Origin: the human T2T-CHM13v2.0 reference genome, Homo sapiens
Length of the DNA stretch: 64,000 nt
Direction: 5' to 3' (one strand)
Assembly: GCF_009914755.1 (NCBI RefSeq)
Contig: NC_060927.1
Shown here: positions 55,075 to 64,000 of the stretch, one piece after another
Numbering within the stretch: the stretch's first letter is position 1
How the letters are laid out: every line of letters begins with the position of its first letter
Notes under the pieces: generated by a model
Databases searched by the model: none
What the model saw: only the letters and a program-made list of their open reading frames with translations
What the model was told of the DNA's origin: nothing
Position numbers and translations under genes: made by a program

Positions 55075-56520
55075 ATCACAGCATGATATGAGAGTGGCAA
55101 GTACTATGATATGGCTAAGTGCATATAGCTAAGTGCATATGAAAAGTCACTCTAGACTGGGGGAGTCAGAAAGGCTTTCTGGGGAAGGAGATGTAGGAAA
55201 TAAACATTGAAGGTTTGAGTAGGAAGTTCCTTGGTGACGTCAATGAAAAAGAGCATCCTAGGCACAGAAAAGAACACATGCAGAGATTTCCAGTGTGCGG
55301 TCTCCTGGTACCAATAGGAAGTATTTGGTGTCGCTGGAAGATATAGTGCATGGGATGGAGGTGTGACTGGGGGTTGTTGTTTGCAGGGTAAATTGCAGGA
55401 GATAATGCTGGAGTTGCATGAGGGCTATATCATGAAGGACCTTGTATACTCTATTGTCTTAGTCTGTTCATAGACTAAGACATATCATAGACTGTCTGTC
55501 ATAGACTGAGAGGTTTATAATAGTAGCATATCATAGACTGATAGAAATATCATAGACTGAGTAGCTTATAAACAACATAAATTTATTTCTCCCAGTTCTA
55601 GAAGCTAGGAAGTACAATGTCATGGTGGCAGCACATTCGGTGTCTGGTGAGAGCCCATTTCCTGGTTCATAGATAGCACTTTCCCATTGTGTGCATGCAC
55701 GGTCAAAGAGGTGAAGGCACTCTTTGGTGTCTCATTTTAAAAAGGCATGTCTTATTCATTTCAGGCTGCTAAAACAAAATATCAGAAACTTGGTGGTTTA
55801 TAAACAATAGTAATTTCTTATAGTTCAAGAGCCTGAGAACTTTAAGATCAAGCCACAGGCAAATTAGGTGCCTGGTAATAATTACAGGTCGTCTTCCTCA
55901 TAGATGATGCCTTCTAGCTGTGTCCTCACATGGCAATAGGGGCTGGCTAACTCTCTGGAGCCTCTTTTATGAGGACACTAATCCCATTGATGAAGGATCC
56001 ACCTTCTTGGTCTAATCACCTCCTAGAGGCTCCACCTTCTAAAATTATTACCTTGGGGGTTAGAATTTCAACATATAGATTTCGGGAGAACACAAGTGTT
56101 TAGCCCATTGCATCTACCAAGGAGTTTGTATTTATTCATAAAAAATAATGAGAATCATTGAAGTGGTATTTAAGATATCAGCAGATTAAAGTTTTACAAA
56201 AATCTCACTGGCAGTAGTTTAAGAAGGGGATCAGATGTTGGTGAATCAGGAAACAGTTGGTATATTTTAAATTTTTGAAGTAATCCAGGTGAAAAATGAT
56301 AGAGTGATGAGCCTCAATTAAGATAGTCTAGGAATAGGATGTGGGAGTTGCATTTGAGACTTGTTAAATTGATATAGGATTGTTGGGACATGGTGGCAGA
56401 TTGGAGTTAGGCCATATGGAACAGAGAGGAGTTAAGGATAATTTTCAAGTGTCTGGTTTGTTTGACTCCCATAGATAGGTAATGATATTATTCATGGCAG
56501 ATGAGGACAGAGGGGGACCA
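55075..56520 (-). mobile_element. L2 interrupted by the MLT1A composite
   Basis: GGGAGTCAGAAAGGCTTTCTGGGGAAGG; CATGAAGGACCTTG...CAAGGAGTTTG contiguous across the LTRs. Confidence 0.75.
55455..56112 (-). mobile_element. Tandem MLT1A0 LTRs: partial (55455-55747) plus complete (55748-56112)
   Basis: Two TGTCTTA termini with colinear sequence; one TSD pair TCTAT (55450-55454) / TCTAC (56113-56117) flanks the composite. Confidence 0.88.
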
Positions 56521-56605
56521 GTATGTATGTTAATCTTCTGAGCCTCATTTCCCTAATCTGTAAAATAACTCTGCCCTTTCCATCTCTGAGAATCATTTTT
56601 AAGAC

Positions 56606-57195
56606 TCTTAGTCTGGGTTCTCCAGAGAAACAGAGCCAGTAGAGATAGCTGGATGGATGGATAGATATATAGATGAATGGAAGGATGGATGGATGGATAG
56701 ATAGATAGATAGACAGATGATAAGGGGTTTATTAGAGAAATTGACTCATGATTATAAAGGCTGAGAAGTCCCACAATATACCATCTGCAAGCTGGAGAAC
56801 CAGGGAATCAGTAATATGGCTCAGTCCAAGTCTGAAGGCCTGAGAACCTGGTGAGCTGCTGGTGCAAGTCCTGGAGTCCAAAGCCCAGGGAGCCTAGAGT
56901 TCAGATGTCCAAAGGCATGAGAAAAGGATGTCCCCATTCCAGGAGGTAGGGGAGAAGAGAGAGAGGGGGAATTCGAGTTTCCTCTGCCCTTTCGTTCTAT
57001 CTGGACCCTCAGCTGACTGGATGGTGCCCACCCACATTGGGTAAGGGCAGATTTTCCTTATTCAGTCACTGATTCAAATGCCAATCTCTTTTGGAAACAG
57101 ACTCACATACATATCCAGATATAATGCTTTTCCAGCTATAGTTATCTGGGTATCCCTTAATCCAGTCAAGTTGATACCTAAAATTAACTATCACA
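56606..57195 (-). mobile_element. MLT2B solo LTR with a (GGAT/AGAT)n tract, inserted in a MIR
   Basis: GGGTTCTCCAGAGAAACAGA...CTGCAAGCTGGAGAACCAGG...CCAGTCAAGTTGATACCTAAAATTAACTATCACA; TSD AAGAC/AGGAC. Confidence 0.92.
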
Positions 57196-57639
57196 AGGAC
57201 CAAATCATGTAAAGTATTTAAAAATGATTTTAAATTATAAAGCAATTTCTAAAATTGTTTTTAATGATTAGTTTACATTTAACCAGGTGGTATAATTAAA
57301 ACAAAAACAAAATTAAAGAAGTATATAACTGCAAGAGGGCAAAAAACATTGTTTTTAATCGAAGGAACAAAATCTTTGGAGATGGCAAGAAACATGTCTA
57401 TGCAATCCGGGCTCTTTTTCTCTTCTCTGTTTTTCCATCCCACACACTGATTTCATCCTGTCATATGCTTAAGAAAAAAAATCCACAATTATTCTCTAAT
57501 GCTTATTGGTTTAAGCCCAGACCCTTTTTCTCCTGTTCAAAGTTTATTGGTGCCTTGCAACTTTATCAATTGACCTTTCCACTTTCAATCCTGGCATACA
57601 TGTGTTCCTTGTCCCTTCATATACAGTGAGTGAACTCAG

Positions 57640-57820
57640 TAATCCATGGTTAAGATCATGGACAACATGTCAGTCTTCTCATCTGTTAAGCAGGTATAAT
57701 TATATCTATCTTACAGGACTGATAACTAGAAAAATTAAATATACATGACATTTATGTAAATTGCTACATCCTATACCTGACAAAGAATAAAGGCTCACTG
57801 AATAGTATTTTATTATGCTT
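57640..57820 (+). mobile_element. MIR fragment
   Basis: TCAGTCTTCTCATCTGTTAAG...TATCTATCTTACAGGA...TATGTAAATTGCT. Confidence 0.6.
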
Positions 57821-59000
57821 TTTATTTACTAATGTGAACTCTCTGCAGATAGATCCCTCTGGCCCTTAGAAATCTTTCTCTCCTGCTCTCTAATTTTAAA
57901 AATTACTCAAGCCCACGATGGCCTCTGATCTCTGCATTCAACCTTCCCTGTGTCTCCAGACCACCTGCTTTCTTCTGTTCTACTCCTGTCTTTTTGAATT
58001 TCTGTAACTTGTAGGGTCTGTCTCACATTTAATACTGGATTATCGAACCATTTGCTCTACGTTCACTTTGTCTCTTTAAAGTAGATTTCAAATTCCTCAA
58101 GTGATATATCTAGCACAATGTAAGACACCCTGAAGACACAACAAAACAGATGATTTGAGAATCCGTGTGTCTTTTTGGGCTTCAGTTTTCAACATCTCTT
58201 CTTTGTGGGGGTCTTATTAAAGTTCTTATTTTCTAGTTCTCTTTTTGTATATCAAAATCAATCTTCATGCTCTAAAGGAAGAAAAATAAGTAAAAAACTG
58301 AGGTGGAAATTATAGCTCTTTTTAGCCTTGGTGTCAAAACTGGGGAGAATGTAGGTTTTAGTATATTTTTATCTTCTTAGGCTTATTTTATTTCATTCTC
58401 TGACAATTTAAAAATTGCAATAATAATCACATTGTTCCCTAACTGTTCTAGGTAGAACCAGAGCCAAGATTATTTTATCTAACTATTAGGAAAGAGCTGT
58501 AGGAAGGCACCTATAAAACATCCTTGCTTTCTTAATAAGAATGAAGATTACCTTAGAGCTGAAGGATAATTAGCCTCAGGCAGTGGATGCCTTGGCCAGA
58601 CTAGAGTAAAGGGTTTCAGCAAGATGCCTGGAGCAACACGGAACATGAGCACTAAGGGACTGCTTAAGATGGAAGTATATTTATGGGATAACCCTTTAAT
58701 TTCTTTTAAAATTCTATTTTTGGAAACTAAAAGTTGTGTAACTTGGGGAAAAGACTCAGACAGGCATCCTTTTGAATACACTCTCTGGTACTTAAAAAAG
58801 GGCAAATTTACTTAACCTCTTCAAACTCAGTTTCTTCTCTGTTAAATGGGAATGAAAAAAGAAAACATTTGACACCTTTCCATGTAGGCATTTGGAGAGT
58901 TATAATAATAAAACAACAATCTGATTCTTAGCTCTTTGAGCAACTGTAAATTACTTATAAGTGATTTGGCAACTCTTCCAACTTTCTACCAAAGCATACT

Positions 59001-59440
59001 TTTTAAAAAATTCAAACGTTACTATCATGTCAAAGATTTATTTAACTCATTAATGAAGGAACCAGCAGGATGTTAAAGCTGGTTCAAAGAGAATTTGTAA
59101 AACTGAGGATATTTAGGTTCTGAAGGAAAGACTGCTAGGATAAATTGCTAGATTTAGATGTAATTTTTTTTTCACTTCCTACAGGGCAATAAAACTAACT
59201 TTTGGAGTAACCATATTCAGATATAATTTGCATTTCTATCAGACAACATGTAAAATTAACACATAACTTCAAAGATTATGAGTCCTAATCAATGGTAATT
59301 GGTTAATCAAACAAAGCTACATTCTTCTAGAAAATTAAATAATCTTGGAGAAGACCTGTTAGATAATATTCCTATGGCAATGAAAGGGCATACAGTCATT
59401 ATTTTATCTTATTCACAAATTTTTAATACATATTTTAACA
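59001..59440 (-). mobile_element. LTR37-like (ERV1) solo LTR
   Basis: Minus strand starts TGTTAAAATATGTATT; GGTTCCTTCATTAATGAGTTAAATAAATCTTTGACAT near the 3' end; family name from memory. Confidence 0.55.
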
Positions 59441-59444
59441 TTAC

Positions 59445-59737
59445 TTTTTTTTTTTCATGGGTCGCACTCTGTCACCCAGGCTGGAGTGCAGTGGTGTGAT
59501 CATGACTCTCTGCAGCCATGACTGCCCAGACTCAAGCAATCCTCCTACCTCAGCCTCCTAAGCAGAGGCTACAGGTGCATACCACCACATCAGGCTAATT
59601 TTTAGGAAATTATTTATAGAGATGGGGTATCACTATGTCTCTTACCTGGTCTCGTACTCCTGGGCTCAAACGTTTGATCCTCCCACCTCGGCCTCCCAAA
59701 GTGCTGGGATTACAGGCATGAGCCACCACACCTAGCG
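59445..59737 (-). mobile_element. AluJ SINE
   Basis: J-type CTCAAGCAATCCTCC and CTCCTGGGCTCAA; TSD AACATTACTTTTT / AACATTACCTTTT. Confidence 0.93.
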
Positions 59738-61929
59738 AACATTACCTTTTTATTTTTAATATTTCCTACCATTTTCACTCCTTGCTAATACCTTCAGTTC
59801 ACCTACTATTTACCTTTTTTTAACTTCTCTTTGTCCCTGTAAGTCTACCTGTTCCTAACTCCCTCTTTCCCGTCAGCCATTTATTGCCCAATTATATCCA
59901 CATCCTCTGGTCTTTTTTCTTTCTTCCTCTTCAAGCCATTGTTTGAGTCTGCCTTGGTTCTTATGCTAAAACTAGATTTAAACCAAATTGACTATGTACA
60001 ACTATCAGCTTCTTTTTAGTATGAGAGATATTAAGATTTACTGTTACCCTCTGAGTATCTCTACGTGGAATAAGGAAAGAAAATCTCAAGTAGAATTCTT
60101 CCACACACCTGAAGTCTAAAACAAATGGGCACAGAGTTCTATAAACTCCATGAAGTCCTGGCTCTGCCCTTTTGTCTGCTCCAAAATCACTTCGTATGAA
60201 AGTTTCGCTTAAGACAAATGTGCACTAGTCTGTGGCATACATTTTCTAACAAATTTTCTTTTCAGCATCAACTGATCAAGAATGTTCGGAACCAGCATTC
60301 CAGAACCAATTAGGAATCAGATTTAGGGAGCCATTACTATGGGTGGAAAGTATACTAGACTTTTATTCTCTGTTCATGTAAAAGTAGGAATGTATCTGTT
60401 ATATTGTAGCCTGTCCTTGCATCTTGAACACAATCATTTTCACCAATGAATGCCCAGATCTAACGTTATGCTTATTAACAAGCCACTGATTTCACCAATG
60501 AAAATCCACTGATAATATTCATTATGCTAATTGAGAAACCTCTGGTGTTGATCAGTGACAATGCTAATTGAGGCTTTGTAGATGCTATCTCTTATGTGTG
60601 GTTTTCTGAAAAATGTCAAGTAACCACCTCTGTAGTGTGTCTCCAATTAGGGAAACTGTCCTCTCTGGACTTGTTACACTCATTTACATTACACAATATA
60701 GGTTAGAAGCAGTTTAAAATAAAATACAATCTACAATACAACCTGGACTTAGCCTGTGTCTAGTGGGGATATCACAACCTGTGCTGTCTGTAGAGGGCAG
60801 AGGTAACATGGCGTTTGTGGGAGAAGATGATTCCTGTCACTGAGCTCTGGAAGCTGGGACAGTAGCAAAACTTCTTTGGGAATATAGAACCCAGTCACCT
60901 CGGCTATGGGGAATTGAGCAAGGACAGTGCTGGAGACTCTGAACTTCTCCCTGGTGGGTTGGAATATCCCTGAGGAGGAGACCCCATTGTCCAACAATTG
61001 CAGTGGCTACAGTAACTGGGAAAATATGAGGAAATGAAGTAAAGCATCCTGACTTATTAAAAAGAAAGTATATATTTTTACATTGCTAATTTCTTTGGGG
61101 CACTAGCATCTGGCAGAGCTTCTGGGAAAAACAAAGACCAAAAGCAATGCTGGTTTAAATTCAACTGTAATTGTGTCAGGTTTTACATTATGATAAAATC
61201 TTAGCCTCTTTACAAGGAGGTTAAATCCCTAGTTGATGTGAAGTGAATTTAGTTTCTCCAAGATGAGCAAGATGAGACAAAAACATGACCCATTTCTTTT
61301 CTCCTCAGAGTTCAAGTTCTTGCTATATTTTTTCCTCTTCCCTCTGTCTTAAGAAGTTTCCTCACAGCTATCAGTGCAGAGATGCTCTTGCTGCTTGGGG
61401 AGTAGAAAGATTCATGGCTTCCTCAGACACAAAAGGCCCTGGATTATTTTAGGCAAAGAGAGCAGCCTGGAGTGATTCATTGGGCATTGCTCATGTTGAG
61501 CCCTGGCCAGAGCTTTTACCTATTTGTGACAATATAATTTCATTTGCTTTTAGAGATGCCACTTTATGTCCCCTCTGTCAGACTAACTCAGAAATATGTC
61601 AACCAGGAAAAACTTACAACTGCTCCTAGCAGTCTGCACTGAATATAGCCAGGTGGCAGAAGACAGAACTGGCATTTGATTTTGATTCTTCTCTTCTGAA
61701 ATGAAGGGGTTGCAACAATTGCTGAAACTCTCAAAATTTGTGAATTCATGCAATACTATGATCTGCATGTAAGGATTTATCTCCTAGAATTGGGAACACA
61801 GTTTGTGTTCTAGTTTTAGAATCAATTTTTTGCCACGTAGAAGGTAGAGAACAGTTGTTTTTTCCTGTGTTTACCTTGCCCAGGTTTCATCTTACTTTAT
61901 TTTACTTTTTTCTCTTTATATTCATTGCC

Positions 61930-62680
61930 TATGTTTTTATTTTTAATTTTTCAGAGACTTTATACATACAAGTGATTTTAATGCAAACATCATGAGCCCC
62001 TATGGATGCCCCTTGTAGTCTTATAAAATCATGATATTTTTGCCAGATGCTGATTCCATTTCTTTGCCTTTCTTTTTAGAGAGAACCATTAACATAATTT
62101 TTATTATGTTAATAATAAAAACCATTATTTTTATTCCCACGCATGTGTTTATATTTTAATACATACTTTTAGATCCATAAGTGCTCAATAGTTTTGGTTG
62201 TATACCAAACCTGTATGGTTTATGAATATTATAACTGCTGTATAATTTTCTTTTGTACAATTTTGCCATAATTTATTTCTCTTTTATCTTGGGATATTTC
62301 CAGTATTTCATCACGACAAACAAAGCTGCAAAACCCACTCTTATCCATGTTTCCATGTGTAAGGATTGTCTAGGGGGTTGGCTTAGAAAGGAATTGCTAA
62401 ATTTTTTGATATTGTATCTTCAACTTAACTAGATATTGCCAAATTGCTCTCCAAAGGAAAATGTTGGAGTTCTTTATACATTCTGGGTAGTACAATATTG
62501 TCAGTTATATGAACAGCAAATATATTTTCCGGTCTCTTGCATGCATGTCTTTTTCTTTTGTCCACAGTTGTTGTTAAAGTAATTTTAATTTTATTTAAAG
62601 ATATAAACAATTTCTTTATGTTTTGTGCATTTTGTGTCTTATTCTAAAAATGCTTTCATTTTACATGGTCATGAGGATGT
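61930..62680 (-). mobile_element. L1ME-like 3' fragment, degenerate
   Basis: ACTAGATATTGCCAAATTGCTCTCCAAAG; GCAAATATATTTTCC...TTTTGTGTCTTATT. Confidence 0.65.
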
Positions 62681-63164
62681 CACCCTCTCCCTCATCCTCT
62701 GATTCCTTTGTGTGAGCACTTTATGGATTGCCTTATGTTATACGAGCACTACCTGGTTCAATCCATGCTAATCTGGATCCAAATGTAGATGTAGCACCTT
62801 CTTAATGAATCTTCCTGCACAAATGCATTAGTGATCAAAGTACTAAAGATTTTGTAGTTGCGACAAAGGAAGAGTTCACATCTTCCACTCCATTAGATAA
62901 ATCAGTCTTTTCTGTTATCTGATTCTGTTCTGTCCCTTTGTTATATCTTGACCTAACCAGCACTTTCTCTAGCAGAATTAGCTGCTTATTTCTTCCTTTG
63001 GGGAGCAAAAATAACTCCTCTCTTTGCTTCATGGTAAACTTTTCCACCTATTTTGCTATAAAATATTGTTAACAGTTGACTTATAACTTTAACAAGTAAC
63101 AAGCAAACAAAAGTAAAATCTCAATCATAGTGGGTCTCTCACTAAAATAATTTCTCATAATCAT

Positions 63165-64000
63165 TAATTCAGTTAATCAATTAACATTTATTAAACATCA
63201 ACTAAGTGCCAAGCATTGTACAAGTCACTGAATGAACAAAACATATCCCAGGTGGAAAAGATAAAGAAAGGGAATCTGAGAAGGCTTCTCTGAGGAGGTG
63301 ATATTTAAGGTGAGATGGGAAGAACAGGAAACTAGCCATTTCATAGTGGAAAAAAATGTTTAACAGGCTAAATGACAAATGCAAAAGCCAAATGAAGTGA
63401 AAAAGAGCTTAGCATATAGAAAGAACTAAAAGGATATCAATTATGGCTAAAAGGAATTATAGAAGGAGAAAAATGATATGGGATATAGATAGCGAGTGGT
63501 AGGGGTGAAATTATTTACTATCTTTTAGGTCTTCATAAAAAGGCTAATGATTTGATTTGCATTTTTTAGTATAACATTGGCTGTATATGGTAGATAGGTT
63601 GATGGTACACAAGAGTAGAAGGAAACAATTAGAAGTTACTGCTAGGATCCAGATGAGATTTGATGATGGCCAAGATTAGTATGGTAACAGTAGAAATGTG
63701 AAAGAATACTTTTTAGAGGAAGAAATGGCAGAATTTACAGAAGAAACAAATTAAGAGAGTAAGGAAGAAAATAGAATCAAAGATGGTACCCAGTATTGTG
63801 ACATGATTAAGAGTTGGATGATAAACTGACATATTGGAGACTGCCCTGGAATACGTTCTAGGTAGAACAAAGATCATGGTGGTCAAGAGTTTTATCTTAG
63901 GCATATCACTTGCAGATGCCTATAGGCATCTAAGTGTAGACCCTGAGTAAGCAGTTGGATCTAGATCTAGCTCAGAGAAGATGTAAATTTGGGAATTTCA
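63165..64000 (-). mobile_element. L2 3' region, runs off the window end
   Basis: AACATTTATTAAACATCAACTAAGTGCCAAGCATTG tail; GAAGGCTTCTCTGAGGAGGTGATATTTAAG; GGCATCTAAGTGTAGA...GCAGTTGGAT. Confidence 0.85.

Noticed and set aside
55468-55559. CRISPR-like repeat-spacer pattern
   Set aside because: 9-10-bp repeats with irregular 4-22-bp spacers derived from local sequence, in a eukaryotic LTR, with no cas genes.

Overview
Primate genomic DNA, most likely human (AluJ/AluS, an L1PA3-like L1, THE1/MST-type MaLR, LTR1-family ERV). It is AT-rich and CpG-depleted, with no CpG island. I found no recognisable protein-coding exon, tRNA/rRNA gene or CRISPR array. Well over half of the window is transposable-element debris: L2 and MIR background; at least 9 L1 fragments, all on the minus strand; about 19 LTRs (MaLR, ERVL, ERV1); a near-complete Tigger1; several hAT MITEs; and 6 Alus. 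The ORF track is almost entirely chance ORFs or TE remnants. The only ORFs with real homology are L1 ORF2, ERV1 gag and Tigger1 transposase, and all are disabled. Most noteworthy structures: (1) an ERVL MLT2A2 LTR fused through a GGCCTA microhomology to a MaLR MST internal region, keeping the DUX4-type site but losing both poly(A) signals; (2) an orientation and poly(A)-signal asymmetry suggesting the window lies inside a plus-strand transcription unit; (3) a deeply nested ~12-kb TE stack splitting one MLT1J LTR; (4) a gag-only ERV1 provirus; (5) non-B DNA formers (a perfect 16-bp hairpin beside a tandem duplication, a nested TA palindrome, a 340-bp pyrimidine tract); (6) a non-repeat cluster of duplicated POU/homeobox/CCAAT motifs at 60.4-60.6 kb. 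I did not find convincing evidence of a new biological system. Family calls come from my recall of consensus sequences, not a database search. Boundaries of old elements are approximate (tens of bp).
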